A stretch of 64,000 bases of DNA from an uncultured Gemmatimonadales bacterium (GTDB lineage Bacteria > Gemmatimonadota > Gemmatimonadetes > Gemmatimonadales > GWC2-71-9): positions 513,788 through 577,787 of the forward strand of contig CAVOPE010000008.1 in NCBI GenBank assembly GCA_963697755.1, written 5' to 3'. This document shows, piece by piece, positions 20,077 through 30,494 of this stretch (positions are counted from its first letter, which is position 1; each line of letters begins with the position of its first letter). The notes below the pieces were generated by a model. The model was not told where the DNA came from. It worked only from the letters and a program-made list of their open reading frames with translations, and ran no database searches. Both the position numbers and the translations under genes were made by a program.

Positions 20077-21128
20077 GCAGCCTCCACCTGCGCGACGGTC
20101 AGCCGAAGTACGAGATCGGTCAGGATCCCGCGCTCGTCGGAGACGGTCGTGCTCTTGAGCGCCTGATCGGCGTCGCGCGCTGCCCGCAACCCTTCGCGGA
20201 TTCGGGCCGCCGGCCAGCTCGCCGCCCAGCCTGCCCAGCGGGCGCTCTCGGCCTTCCACTCGGGCAGGCCGAAGAGCCGGAGGGCGCGGATCTTCTCGAA
20301 CATCTGCTGCTGGAGACTGCCGCCCCGGACCTTTCGGTCGTATTGGCTGCGCGCGAGCCCCACGCCGACCAGGGATGTGCCCAGCAGCGTGACCAGCCGG
20401 ACCGCGGTGACACCGGGCTGGTCCAGCAGCGACGCGATCATCGCGGCAGCCTTGCCGGGCTCGCCGTCCAGCACCGCATTGCGCCAGTCGTAGATGGTCT
20501 CGCCCCGGCGGACACCGACCAGTTCGCCGACCTGCTCGACCGAGAGCGAGGTGCCCGCCGGCAGGGAACCGAGCTTCTGCAACTCCGCGGCCACGGCGCC
20601 CAGGTCGCCGTCGGTCACTTCGAGCAGGTGATCGGCCGCCGCGTCCTCCAGCGTGACACCCAGTGCGCCCGCCCGGCGGAGCAGCCACCTGCGGGCCCGC
20701 TCGGTCGGGAGCGGCTCGCACGCCACCGCGTATGCGCCGCGCACCAGGTCCTTATCCGCTTCCTCCTCCGCCGATCCCTGCACAAGTACGACCACGGTCT
20801 CCGGAGCCGGGCGTTCAAGGTACTTGAGGAATGCGGCACGGACCTTGGGCTTCCGCTTCCAGCCCTCGAGCTCGCGTATCACCACGACGCGGCGGTCCGC
20901 CATCATCGGCAACGTGGTGCACAGGGCGAAGATGGACTCGGCGTCGAGCTGCCCGGCCGCGCGCTGATCGAGGTTGAAGTCGCGTAAGCCCGGATCCAGC
21001 GCCCGGTCCAGGATCGCCTGGACGGCCTCGTCCTTCAGGATGTCCTGAGGGCCGTACAGGTAGTAGACCGGCGCGAGCGCTCCCTTCGCGAGAGAGCGCA
21101 GGAGCGCATCGTATGTCTGGGTGGGCAT
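20073..21128 (-). CDS. holA: DNA polymerase III subunit delta
   Basis: 351 aa. The N-terminus (APVYYLYGPQDILKDEAV...) and overall length fit HolA. Confidence 0.8.
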   Translation of the reverse strand: MPTQTYDALLRSLAKGALAPVYYLYGPQDILKDEAVQAILDRALDPGLRDFNLDQRAAGQLDAESIFALCTTLPMMADRRVVVIRELEGWKRKPKVRAAFLKYLERPAPETVVVLVQGSAEEEADKDLVRGAYAVACEPLPTERARRWLLRRAGALGVTLEDAAADHLLEVTDGDLGAVAAELQKLGSLPAGTSLSVEQVGELVGVRRGETIYDWRNAVLDGEPGKAAAMIASLLDQPGVTAVRLVTLLGTSLVGVGLARSQYDRKVRGGSLQQQMFEKIRALRLFGLPEWKAESARWAGWAASWPAARIREGLRAARDADQALKSTTVSDERGILTDLVLRLTVAQVEAA

Positions 21129-21171
21129 GCCGAATTGTAGGCGGGATGACGGCCCGCTGTCATCCCGCCGC

Positions 21172-21714
21172 TCAGGGGTGTCGCCTAAAACATTGAACGA
21201 ACATGAGTGCCGTCAAAGTCTTCGCATCCTGGATCTCCCCCGACCGGATCAGCGTGCCCACCCGCGACCACCGCAGCAGGTGCACTTCCATGAACTCGTC
21301 CGCCTCGCGCTGCTCGGCGCCGGTCTCGAGGCCCCGGGCGAGGAACAGGTGAATCCGCTCGTCGGTGAAGCCCGGCGTCGTGTAGATCGTCGTGAGCCGC
21401 TCGATCGCGCCCGCCAGAAGGCCGGTCTCCTCCTCGAGCTCGCGCCGCGCGCAATCCTCGGGGGACTCGCCCGGGTCGAGCCGTCCCGCCGGCACCTCCC
21501 AGATGAAACCGTCCGCCGCGTGCCGGAACTGCCGGATGAGCAGCACCCGGGGGTCGGGGTCGTCCGGGTCGTCCACGAAGGGCACCACGGCCGACGCCCC
21601 CGGGTGGCGCACCATCTCGAGCTGGCCGATCGAGCCGTCGGGGAAGCCGACGGCATCGCGGTCGAGGTTGACGATGCGGCCCGTGTACAGCCGCTCGGAG
21701 GAGAGGAGGGTCAT
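21172..21714 (-). CDS. NUDIX hydrolase (ADP-ribose pyrophosphatase-like)
   Basis: Nudix box GRLDPGESPEDCARRELEEETG. Confidence 0.88.
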   Translation of the reverse strand: MTLLSSERLYTGRIVNLDRDAVGFPDGSIGQLEMVRHPGASAVVPFVDDPDDPDPRVLLIRQFRHAADGFIWEVPAGRLDPGESPEDCARRELEEETGLLAGAIERLTTIYTTPGFTDERIHLFLARGLETGAEQREADEFMEVHLLRWSRVGTLIRSGEIQDAKTLTALMFVQCFRRHP

Positions 21715-21720
21715 GGGAGG

Positions 21721-22311
21721 TTACCAGCTCCGTGCCCAGGCGACAGGGATCTTGAACGCTTCGGCCAGGAGATAGCGGAGCTCGAGGACGGGGTTGTGGG
21801 AGATAGGGCTGCTCTCGGTGGGTGAGGTGTATGCGTCCAAGGCGGTGCGGCGGGCCTCGAGGCGAAGGCGAAACATGTGAAAGGGGTCGCTGACGAGGAG
21901 GACCCGGGTGAGCTGGCGGTCGCGGACCCACTGCCCGACCCCGTTCATGGACGCGCTGGTGTTGCGTCCCTCGCTCTGGACGACGACGGCGCTCGCGGGC
22001 ACCCCGTGCGCCACCAGGTAGCGCCGGCCTACGGCGGCTTCGCTGATGGTATCACCGCGGCCCACGCCACCGGTCACGATCACCACCGGCGCGTGGCCCT
22101 CACGGTAGAGCTCGAGGGCATGGTCCAGGCGGGCGCGCAGCACCGGCGAAGGGCGTCCGTTGTACTGAGCCGCTCCCAGCACGACGATGGCGTCGACCGG
22201 CTCCCGCTGGTCCTGCTGGCTCACCACCAGCACCATGACCAGCGAGACCGTGTAGACGATGGCGCCGGCGAGCAGGGCGAGCATCAGTGCCCGGCGCAGG
22301 ACGCGAAGCAC
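21721..22311 (-). CDS. YdcF/ElyC (DUF218) family protein
   Basis: N-terminal TM segment, then DAIVVLGAAQYNGRPSPVLRARLDHALELY...VIVTGG, the DUF218 pattern. Confidence 0.8.
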   Translation of the reverse strand: MLRVLRRALMLALLAGAIVYTVSLVMVLVVSQQDQREPVDAIVVLGAAQYNGRPSPVLRARLDHALELYREGHAPVVIVTGGVGRGDTISEAAVGRRYLVAHGVPASAVVVQSEGRNTSASMNGVGQWVRDRQLTRVLLVSDPFHMFRLRLEARRTALDAYTSPTESSPISHNPVLELRYLLAEAFKIPVAWARSW

Positions 22312-22328
22312 GGCGCGACGGGCTCCGG

Positions 22329-23720
22329 TCAGAGATCGAAGGCTTCGCCGTGCTTCGGCAGGATGACCTCGCGGATGCCCTCCTCGCGGAGGATCGTGGC
22401 CATGGCGCCGAGGGCCTGGGCCTCACCGTGCACCACGAACGCGCGCCGGATGGGGCCGCCCAGTCGGCGCACCCAGGCCCGGAGCTCGTTGCGGTCGGCG
22501 TGGGCCGAGTAGCCGCCGATGGTCTCAACCTCGGCGCGGCGGGGATAGTCCTGGCCGAGGATGCGGACGACCTCGTCGCCGCTCTGGATCCGGCGGCCGA
22601 GCGTGTGATCCGCCTGGAAGCCGACGAACAGCACCAGGTTGCGATGGTCGCCGATACCGTGCGCCAGGTGGTGCAGGATGCGGCCCGACTCCGCCATGCC
22701 GCTCGCGGCGATGATGATCGCCGGACCGCGCAGCTCGTTCAGCGCCTTCGACTCCGCCACGTTCCGCGTGTACCGCACCAGGGAAAAATCGAACATCGCG
22801 ACATTGTCCGCGACCAGCTGCTCCCGCTCGTCAAACACTTCAGGGTGCATCCGGAACACGGTGGTCGTGTCCACCGCCAGCGGGCTGTCGATGTAGATCG
22901 GCACGTCGGGAATCCTGCCGGCACGGTGGAGTGCATGCAGGGCGTAGACCAGCTCCTGCACCCGACCCAGTGCGAACGCCGGGATGAGCACCCGGCCGCC
23001 CCGGGCCGCGGTGCGCCGGACCGCCTCGCCCAGGCGGTCCTCGGCGCCGGCCACCGACTCGTGGTCCCGGTCGGCGTAGGTGGACTCGACGATCAGCGTG
23101 TCCACGGGGCCCGAAGGCGGCTCCGGATCGCGGATGATCGGCAGTCCGCTCCGGCCGATGTCGCCGGAGAACACGATCCGGTGGTTGACGCCTTCCGTGA
23201 TCCGCAGGTCGACCGAGGCGGACCCCAGGATATGCCCCGCCTCGACGAACTCGAGGGCGAGGTGCTTCCGCAGGTGGGTGATCCGCCGGTACGGCACACC
23301 CACCATCAGCTCCTGCACCGCCACCGCGTCGGGGAGCGTGTACAGCGGCTCGCTGTCCGGGCCGGCCTTGCCGCGCCGCACGAGGTACTCGTAGTCCTGT
23401 TCCTGGATGTGGGCGGCATCCGGGAGCATCACCGCGCACAGGTCACGCGTGGCGGGGCTGGTGTAGATCGGAGCGTGGAAACCGTGGCGAAGGAGCAGCG
23501 GGAGCCGGCCGCTGTGGTCGATGTGGGCATGACTCAGCACGATGCCGTCGAGCCGGCGCGGATCGAACGGCAGGCGCGCGTTGAGCTCCTGGGCCTGGGC
23601 GCGATGCCCCTGAAACAGCCCGGCGTCGAGCAGGAACCGTCCCCCGGCGGCCTCGAGCAGGTGCATCGATCCCGTCACCTGGCCCGCGGCTCCCCAGAAC
23701 GTCAATCGGATTCCGGTCAC
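22329..23720 (-). CDS. MBL-fold metallo-hydrolase, beta-CASP RNA-metabolising family
   Basis: 463 aa with an HAHIDHSG motif. The beta-CASP organisation and a C-terminal YSAHAD motif are present. Confidence 0.85.
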   Translation of the reverse strand: MTGIRLTFWGAAGQVTGSMHLLEAAGGRFLLDAGLFQGHRAQAQELNARLPFDPRRLDGIVLSHAHIDHSGRLPLLLRHGFHAPIYTSPATRDLCAVMLPDAAHIQEQDYEYLVRRGKAGPDSEPLYTLPDAVAVQELMVGVPYRRITHLRKHLALEFVEAGHILGSASVDLRITEGVNHRIVFSGDIGRSGLPIIRDPEPPSGPVDTLIVESTYADRDHESVAGAEDRLGEAVRRTAARGGRVLIPAFALGRVQELVYALHALHRAGRIPDVPIYIDSPLAVDTTTVFRMHPEVFDEREQLVADNVAMFDFSLVRYTRNVAESKALNELRGPAIIIAASGMAESGRILHHLAHGIGDHRNLVLFVGFQADHTLGRRIQSGDEVVRILGQDYPRRAEVETIGGYSAHADRNELRAWVRRLGGPIRRAFVVHGEAQALGAMATILREEGIREVILPKHGEAFDL

Positions 23721-23747
23721 GTAGCGATCCGCGATGAAAAGTGAAGG

Positions 23748-24398
23748 TCAGCCGTGCCGGGTGCCGAACAGCCGGTCGCCCGCATCGCCGAGGCCGGGCA
23801 GGATATACCCGATGTCGTTGAGCTCGCGGTCGAGCGCGGCGGTGAAAATATGCACGTCGGGGTGGGCCTCCAGCATCCGCTGCACCCCGGGCGGGGCGGC
23901 CACGATCGAGAGGAAGCGGATCCGCCGCGCGCCGGCGTCCTTGAGCGCGCCCACGGCGGCGACGGCCGATCCGCCCGTCGCCAGCATCGGATCGAGCAGG
24001 TAGAAGTCCCGCTCCACCTCGGCCGCGGGAATCTTGAAGTAGTAGTCCACCGGCTTGAGCGTGTCGTGGTCGCGATACAGCCCGATGTGGCCGACCCGCG
24101 CCGACGGGATCAGCTGCGCGATCCCCTCCACCATGCCCAGCCCCGCCCGCAGGATCGGCACGAGGGTCAGCTTCTTGCCCGAGACCTGGCGCCCGGTCAT
24201 GCGCTCCAGTGGCGTGTCGATCTCCACCGGCTCCGTCGCCAGGTCCTTGGTCGCCTCGTAGGCCATCAAGGTGGCGATCTCGCTCACGAGTTGCTTGAAG
24301 TCGCGCGTACTGGTCTCGCGGTCCCGCAGGATCGAGAGCTTGTGCTGGATGAGCGGATGATCGAGGACGGTGAGATTGGGAAACGCCTGGGTCGACAT
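23748..24398 (-). CDS. upp: Uracil phosphoribosyltransferase
   Basis: 216 aa, with [15 protein letters not shown]... and the PRPP-binding [12 protein letters not shown]. Confidence 0.93.
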   Translation of the reverse strand: MSTQAFPNLTVLDHPLIQHKLSILRDRETSTRDFKQLVSEIATLMAYEATKDLATEPVEIDTPLERMTGRQVSGKKLTLVPILRAGLGMVEGIAQLIPSARVGHIGLYRDHDTLKPVDYYFKIPAAEVERDFYLLDPMLATGGSAVAAVGALKDAGARRIRFLSIVAAPPGVQRMLEAHPDVHIFTAALDRELNDIGYILPGLGDAGDRLFGTRHG

Positions 24399-24449
24399 GC
24401 GACCAATATGCGGGAGCCGGCGGCGCGGGCCTAGGGGCGCCGCCCAGTC

Positions 24450-24866
24450 TCAGAGATCGAGCGCGACCGCCTGGCACAGCCGCTCGTCCACCCGGCACAC
24501 GCTGGCGCGAAGTCTCCCGTGGACCCGGCCGTGGCGCCCGGCGAGGAGTGCGCTGGGCGGCTCCGCGAAGTAGGCGGAGTCCGGTGTGAGGCGCGCGCTC
24601 CCGAAGCGGAGCACGGTGCCGTCGGCCAGCTCGAGCGCGGGGGCCACGCGCGCGTTCACCATGACACCGGGCTCGGCGACGAGGGTCAGGCGCGTGTTCG
24701 CGCCGACCGCGGCGGTGGTGAGGTGGACCGGTCCGGGAGGAGCGGCGCGTCCCGAGCACGCGAGCGCCGCGGCGGCCAGCAGCGCAAGGCCAGGGCCGAC
24801 TGCACGCCGGCCTGCACGCTGCCTCCCCGCGCTCACCGCCACCAGCTCTCGCCTTGATCCGCTCAT
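24450..24866 (-). CDS. Hypothetical lipoprotein
   Basis: The ATG at 24866 overlaps the upstream redoxin stop (ATGA). It has a lipobox (LACS) and no recognisable domain. Confidence 0.5.
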   Translation of the reverse strand: MSGSRRELVAVSAGRQRAGRRAVGPGLALLAAAALACSGRAAPPGPVHLTTAAVGANTRLTLVAEPGVMVNARVAPALELADGTVLRFGSARLTPDSAYFAEPPSALLAGRHGRVHGRLRASVCRVDERLCQAVALDL

Positions 24867-25432
24867 TCGGCCAGCAGCTCCCGGATGCGCCCGTCCCACG
24901 TACGGTAGCTCCCGTCGTTCAGGTGAAACTCGCCGTAGCCTTCGTACCGGATGTTGCCCTTCTTGTCGATCAACACGAAGCTCGGCCAGTAGCGGATCCC
25001 GTACAGGTTCCAGGTCCGGGAGTCGTTGTCCTGCGCGTTGGGATACCTGATATCGTACTGCTTGAGCGCGCGCTGGACGTTGCCCCGGTCGTGCTCGCCG
25101 GCGTAGGGCGGGAACTCGGGCGTGTGGATGCCGATGATGGTCAGTCCCCGGCCGCGGTACTTGCGGTCGAAGTCCACCAGCGACGGCACCGTGTTGGTGC
25201 AGTTATAGCAGGTGAAGACCCAGAAATTGAGCAGCACCACCCGGCCGCGGAGCTCCTCCAGCGACAGGGGATGGTCCGAGTTCAGCCAGCTTTCGTTCTT
25301 CCACGTGGGGGCGGGGCGCGCCTGGCGGTCCGCCGGCCACCGTGCCGGCACCCGGCTGGCCGACTCGACCGCCACGGTGGCAGGCAGGACGGCGCCAAGG
25401 GCGCAGAGAAACAGCAGTCCGGGACGCAACAT
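24863..25432 (-). CDS. Thioredoxin-like (TlpA/redoxin) protein
   Basis: 189 aa with a signal peptide and the motif FWVFTCYNCTNTVP (CxxC). Confidence 0.85.
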   Translation of the reverse strand: MLRPGLLFLCALGAVLPATVAVESASRVPARWPADRQARPAPTWKNESWLNSDHPLSLEELRGRVVLLNFWVFTCYNCTNTVPSLVDFDRKYRGRGLTIIGIHTPEFPPYAGEHDRGNVQRALKQYDIRYPNAQDNDSRTWNLYGIRYWPSFVLIDKKGNIRYEGYGEFHLNDGSYRTWDGRIRELLAE

Positions 25433-25546
25433 CGAGGCTCCAGGAGTCAGGGCGTAGGACTAACGCCACCTGTCCCGAATCGGTTTGCGGTCCCCGGTCG
25501 CGGCCTTGGCCCCAACCAGGCCCGTTTCTATATTACCCACCCCTCA

Positions 25547-25571
25547 GGCCAGGTAGCTCAGTTGGTAGAGC
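25547..25571 (+). repeat. 5' fragment of tRNA-Phe (first 25 nt; identity block 25544-25571 includes 3 upstream nt)
   Basis: ggccaggtagctcagttggtagagc is identical to positions 1-25 of the intact tRNA-Phe at 27156, and similarity then stops. Confidence 0.85.
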
Positions 25572-25630
25572 CGGCGATGTAGTTCTTGGGATACCCCCGC
25601 TGCTCGAACTTGATGCGTGTTTCCAGTCTG

Positions 25631-26203
25631 TTAAAGAGAATCGAACAGAGAGCAAATCGCGATCCTCAATGGGCCTATCAGGGCCGCCAATCCGTATCCG
25701 ATAAGACCCTCCCCAAGATCGCGCGGTTTGGCGGGCAGGTAGCGCGCCATGGTGTTCAACTGATACCCTACCGTGCCAAGGTATCCTTCGAGCCAATCGA
25801 GACGATCGATGATGAATCCGGCGGAGCTGAACAAGTACCGTAAACCGAACTGGGTATATCGGTAGAAATCATATGGCTGCTCGTGCTCTTCATAGAATAG
25901 AGGCCCGCTATAGATCATCCTCCCACCTGGTTTCAGCACTCGATACAACTCGGCCAGGACGCGCTGCGGTTCCGGCACATGCTCCAACACCTGATTGAAG
26001 ATGATGAAATCGAAACGACCATCTTCGACGGGAATGCTCTGCAAATCGCAGACATACGTGGAAGGTGCATACGCCTTGTTGACTTTCTCAAAGTCAGCCG
26101 ACTCATATTGGGTGTGCTGAAAGAGGCTCTTGTAGGGAGCTTGACCAGCCCCGGCATCCAAGACCAAAGCGCCGCTGGGAACCGAGGCGGCGAAGGCTTC
26201 CAT
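25631..26203 (-). CDS. Class I SAM-dependent methyltransferase (possibly 5'-truncated)
   Basis: Motif [11 protein letters not shown], then [34 protein letters not shown]. The segment is AT-richer than its surroundings. The N-terminal 113 codons of the track ORF are antisense to the integrase remnant and were discarded. Confidence 0.7.
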   Translation of the reverse strand: MEAFAASVPSGALVLDAGAGQAPYKSLFQHTQYESADFEKVNKAYAPSTYVCDLQSIPVEDGRFDFIIFNQVLEHVPEPQRVLAELYRVLKPGGRMIYSGPLFYEEHEQPYDFYRYTQFGLRYLFSSAGFIIDRLDWLEGYLGTVGYQLNTMARYLPAKPRDLGEGLIGYGLAALIGPLRIAICSLFDSL

Positions 26204-26249
26204 CTCCTGTAAGAGACGGTAACGAGACGAGTTGAAACTCAGCAGACGA

Positions 26250-27115
26250 CCCGGCGCTATCTCAAGCCCGCGCTCGGCACCCGGCGCTTGACGCACCTGA
26301 CGCCGCCGGACGTGCGCGAGATGCTGGCCGGTCTCACCCGCGACGGGCTCGCGCCGAGGACCGTGGGCTATGCGCGGGCCGTGCTGCGCCGGGCGCTCAA
26401 TCAGGCGGTGAGCGACGGCCTGATCCCCACCAACCCGGCGGCGGGCCACGGACTCGTGCCCAAGTTGGAGCGGCGCGAGATGCAGGTGTTGAGCGGGGCG
26501 CAGGTGAACGCGATCTTGGACGCGACCCGCGACGACCCGCATGGCGCGTTGTGGGCGACGTTATTCCTGACCGGCGTCAGGCCGTCCGAGGCGCTGGCGC
26601 TCAAATGGGCCGACGTGAACCTCGACCACGGGCAGCTACGGGTCGTGCGGAAGCTTCGCCGCCCGAAGAACGGCGCTGCGTATGTGCGTGGAGGACGTGA
26701 AGACCGCAGCGGGTCGCCGGGTGGTGCCGCTCGTAGGGCCGGCGGTGGACACGCTCGTGCGGCACCACGACCGGCAGGCCGTCGAGAAGGTGATCGCCGA
26801 GGCAGGGCTATCGAGGACAACGGCTTGGTGTTCGCCGATGCGCGTGGGAATCCGTTGCGAGGCGACGGGCTGTATAAGTACTTTTGGCGTCCGCTACTCC
26901 GGCGGCTCGGTCTGCCGCAGGTGCGGCTCTACGATGCGCGCCACAGCGCCGCGACGATGCTCCTGGAGGCCGGGGTGCCCATGAAGGTCGTGCAGGAGGT
27001 GTTGGGGCACAGCTCGATGGCGGTGACGGCGGACGTGTACAGCCACGTCACCCACGCGTTCAAGCGGCAGGCGGCGGACGCGCTGGCGGCCCATCTCGGC
27101 GCAATCACGGAATAG
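26250..27115 (+). pseudogene. Tyrosine recombinase/phage-type integrase, N-terminally truncated with two compensating frameshifts
   Basis: The main frame gives ...[16 protein letters not shown]...LTGVRPSEALAL...NGLVFADARGNPL...YDARHSAATMLLEAGVPMKVVQEVLGHSSMAVTADVYSHV (R..H..R..Y-type catalytic domain). Residues VEDVKTAAGRRVVPLVGPAVDTLVRHHDRQAVEKVIAEAG sit in another frame between about 26685 and about 26808. The arm-binding N-terminus is missing. Confidence 0.8.
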
Positions 27116-27155
27116 CACGGAATCAGGGGAGGGGTCAGGTTTCGTAAGTTGTTCA

Positions 27156-27228
<73 letters not shown>

Positions 27229-27334
27229 TTCTAAGTAAATCCCTCGCACCCAATCGCTTGCCCAATCTAATGCTCCCCCGATAAGCGAAGGTTACGACGT
27301 GGCTTACTAGCGTTCCCACGGCGCGGCAGGCACA

Positions 27335-30300
27335 TTGCAGACACTCCTACCTGGCCGTTCCGTGACCGCAGTAGTCCCACCGCTGGCCCAGGCCCTCCGC
27401 GATCGCTACGTGCTCGAGCAGGAACTCGGGCGTGGCGGCATGGCCACGGTCTACTGCGCCCGTGACCTCCGACACGACCGGCTGGTCGCCCTCAAAGTTC
27501 TCCATCCCGAGCTCGCGGCGACACTGGGCCCCGAGCGCTTTCTCCGGGAGATCCGACTCACCTCCCGCCTGCAGCATCCGCACATTCTTCCAGTCTTCGA
27601 CTCCGGCGGTGCGGCCGGCCAGCTCTGGTACACCATGCCGTACGTCCGCGGAGAGTCGCTCCGGGACCGCCTGCGGCGGGAGGTTCAGCTGCGGATGGAC
27701 AGCGCACTGGACATCACCAGGCAGGTGGCGGACGCACTGGGATACGCCCACAGGCAGGGCATCGTCCACCGAGACGTCAAGCCGGAGAATATCCTGCTCG
27801 AAGGCGAGCGCGCCGTTGTAGCCGATTTCGGCATCGCCCGGGCGCTGGACCTGGCCGGGGGCGAGCGGCTCACCCAGACGGGCCTGGCTCTGGGAACGCC
27901 CTCGTATATGAGTCCGGAGCAGGCAGTGGGGAGTCCTGCGGACGCGCGGAGCGACATCTATTCCTTGGGATGTGTGCTCTACGAGATGCTCGCAGGCGAG
28001 CCGCCGTTCACTGGTCCGACCGCACAAGCGATCATGGCCAGGCGACTGAGCTCCCCGGTTCCCACTCTCCGCACCGTTCGGGAAACCGTGTCCCCGGCAG
28101 TCGAGCGGGCGATCGAAGTCGCGCTCGCCAAGGTGCCGGCCGACCGGTTCGCAACGACCGACGAGTTCGTTGCGGCGCTGAATGCGGCCGGCCCAAGCGA
28201 TGCAAAGCCCTCAGCTGCCGTCCGCGGCATCCCGCGGCGCCGGGTCGCCATCGCGGGAGGGATCGCCGTTGCCGTAGTCGCGGCAGCTCTCGGCCTGCAG
28301 CGGTGGTCGACGCCAGCCATCCACCCGGATACCGGCCTGGTGGCCGTGGTTCCGTTCCGGATCGCGAGCAGCGACTCCTCGCTCGCTTACCTCCACGAAG
28401 GCATGGTCGACCTTTTCGCGGCGAAGCTCAACGGAGAGGCAGGCCCGCGGTCGGTGGACCCTCGCTCAACCATGCGGCTTTGGCGCGCCGCCGCCGAAGG
28501 AAGAGCCGACTTGCCGGAAGCGGAGGTTCTGCGCCTGGCACGCCGGCTCGGGGCGGGCCGGCTTTTGACCGGCAGCGTGATCGGCACATCCGAGCGGCTG
28601 GTGCTCAGCGCCGCCGTGCTCGACGTAACCACCGGCAGGACACAGCTGCAGGCGACCGTGGACGGACGCTACGACAGCCTGCCGTATCTCGTCGACCGGC
28701 TCACGGGCCAACTGTTGGCGCTCGGAGCCGCGGTCCAATCCCAGCGGCTCAGCAGCCTTACCAGCACGTCGCTCCCCGCCATCCGCGCTTACCTGGCCGG
28801 CCAGGCGGCCTTCAGGAAGGGGCGGTTGGAGGAAGCGGTCCAGCGGTTCAACGAGGCTACCCAACTGGACTCCACATTCGCCCTGGCAGGGATGGAGTTG
28901 GCGCACGCGGCGGGTTGGCTTCTCAGTGGAGGTGAGGATGCGCAGGCGCGGGGACTGAGACTCGCTGTGGCCGGCCGCGATCGTCTGGGCCAGGGCGACC
29001 GCGCGCTGCTGGAGGTCAGCATCGGGCAGTGGTCCGGCGCTCCTGACATGTTTCAGAAGTGGCATGCCGCCGCCTCCGCCTACCCGGGACGCCCTGAAGT
29101 GTGGTACGGTCTAGGGGACTCGTACTTCCACTGGGGCCTGCTGGCCGGCATGAGCGACCCGCTGCGGCGTGCGGGCGAGGCCTTCCGTCGAGGCTGGCAG
29201 ATCGACTCCAGCAGCACCAGCGATTCCATGCTCCCCAAGCAGTCTCCGGTGTTGGCCGAGCCACTGGGTCACATGGTCGAACTAGCTCAGATCGCAGGAG
29301 ATACCGCGGAGGTCCGCAGGCTCGTCGCGCTAGGCTTGGCGGTGGATTCGACCGACCGGTATCTCCAATGGCACCTGGCCGTCAGCCTGGGCGACTCGGC
29401 ACGGCGTGCATTCTGGGCCAGGCCCGATCTTCCCGACGGGGTCTTCAGCATTATTGGCATGTTCACCTCCTGGACCGGAATCGCCGCCAGCGACGGCGCG
29501 CGCGCGAGAACCGAGGAGTTTCGTCGATTGAGGCGCAAGAACCCAGACGTCGCCGGGTTCGTTGGGCGCGGAACGGCGCTGAACGCCGGCCGACCGAAGG
29601 AAGCGTACCGCCATCTCGACGAGCGGCATGCGCCGTCCAGGCAAGTGCTTCGGTTGCAGGTCTTAGACGCCCTCTATTGGGGCGGGGACACCAGCGCCGC
29701 CATCGAGGCCGTCCGCCGGCTCAGGCCCTTTGCCGAGGCAGGTGCAATGCGCGGAGACGAAGCACGAGAGCAATACCACGCTCTCTGCGTCGTGGCTCAG
29801 TGGCGCCTCGCGCGCGGTGAGACCCAGGGTTCCGACATGGCGATCCGGAGGCTCCGCGCCACCACCGTACCCGGACTCGCCTCGGCCGATCCAGCAGAGT
29901 TCGCCCGCTACGCCGCCCTCTGCGCCGGCGTTGCCGAGGCGCTGCAAGCCGCGGCGCTCCATCGGCCGGACGTCCGGATGCGGACCGAACGGCTCGACTC
30001 CCTCGCCCGGACCTTCATCTTCGAGGTCTGTTGTGGGCAGTCGGTTCCAGGAGTGAACCTGGTCCTTGCACATCTTTGGGAAGCGCAGGGGGATCTCCCT
30101 CGGGCGCTCCAGGCGGTGCGCCGGCGCGCGGCGGGCTACGGGCTCGCCCCGAAGCTCATGTCCACCTTCTTGCGCGAGGAAGGCCGCCTCGCCGCGTTGG
30201 TGGGCGAGCGTGCGGAGGCCATCCGAGCCTACCAGGATTACCTCGCGCTGCGGCCCGATCCCGAGCCGTCAGTCAAACCCGAGGTCGAGCAGGTGCGGGC

Positions 30301-30337
30301 GGACCTGGCCGATCTGATCGGCGAGCGGGGCAAGTGA
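27335..30337 (+). CDS. Serine/threonine protein kinase with large C-terminal TPR-like region
   Basis: 1000 aa with Hanks kinase motifs GRGGMATVY, VALK, HRDVKPENIL, DFGIA and SPEQ, then a TM segment and helical repeats. Confidence 0.9.
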   Translation: MQTLLPGRSVTAVVPPLAQALRDRYVLEQELGRGGMATVYCARDLRHDRLVALKVLHPELAATLGPERFLREIRLTSRLQHPHILPVFDSGGAAGQLWYTMPYVRGESLRDRLRREVQLRMDSALDITRQVADALGYAHRQGIVHRDVKPENILLEGERAVVADFGIARALDLAGGERLTQTGLALGTPSYMSPEQAVGSPADARSDIYSLGCVLYEMLAGEPPFTGPTAQAIMARRLSSPVPTLRTVRETVSPAVERAIEVALAKVPADRFATTDEFVAALNAAGPSDAKPSAAVRGIPRRRVAIAGGIAVAVVAAALGLQRWSTPAIHPDTGLVAVVPFRIASSDSSLAYLHEGMVDLFAAKLNGEAGPRSVDPRSTMRLWRAAAEGRADLPEAEVLRLARRLGAGRLLTGSVIGTSERLVLSAAVLDVTTGRTQLQATVDGRYDSLPYLVDRLTGQLLALGAAVQSQRLSSLTSTSLPAIRAYLAGQAAFRKGRLEEAVQRFNEATQLDSTFALAGMELAHAAGWLLSGGEDAQARGLRLAVAGRDRLGQGDRALLEVSIGQWSGAPDMFQKWHAAASAYPGRPEVWYGLGDSYFHWGLLAGMSDPLRRAGEAFRRGWQIDSSSTSDSMLPKQSPVLAEPLGHMVELAQIAGDTAEVRRLVALGLAVDSTDRYLQWHLAVSLGDSARRAFWARPDLPDGVFSIIGMFTSWTGIAASDGARARTEEFRRLRRKNPDVAGFVGRGTALNAGRPKEAYRHLDERHAPSRQVLRLQVLDALYWGGDTSAAIEAVRRLRPFAEAGAMRGDEAREQYHALCVVAQWRLARGETQGSDMAIRRLRATTVPGLASADPAEFARYAALCAGVAEALQAAALHRPDVRMRTERLDSLARTFIFEVCCGQSVPGVNLVLAHLWEAQGDLPRALQAVRRRAAGYGLAPKLMSTFLREEGRLAALVGERAEAIRAYQDYLALRPDPEPSVKPEVEQVRADLADLIGERGK

Positions 30338-30494
30338 GCAACGAGTTGACGCGGCCTCGTGCAGCTGGACTTAGGTTCGCAGCAACATCCACAGATCAGA
30401 GGTCGGTTACAGCCCATGAGCCTCACGTTGAGAGCGGTGGCCGAGCTGCCGCCTTGCCGTAGCCCTTCGAGTGGGCACTGCAGGGAGAGGTCTC

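Larger units (their letters stand above)
25544..27155 (+). mobile_element. Decayed integrative-element remnant (5' tRNA fragment - methyltransferase - integrase pseudogene) abutting tRNA-Phe
   Basis: It is bounded by the duplicated tRNA-Phe 5' block. It holds an integrase remnant, and a visibly AT-richer segment spans about 25.6-26.25 kb. Confidence 0.5.

Noticed and set aside
26250-27115. The tyrosine recombinase remnant as the missing integron integrase
   Set aside because: It lies 10 kb from the array, on the far side of the tRNA, and reads toward the tRNA like a phage or island integrase. I cannot see the extra IntI-specific insertion. It is also truncated and frameshifted. A proper HMM comparison would be needed to exclude this formally.
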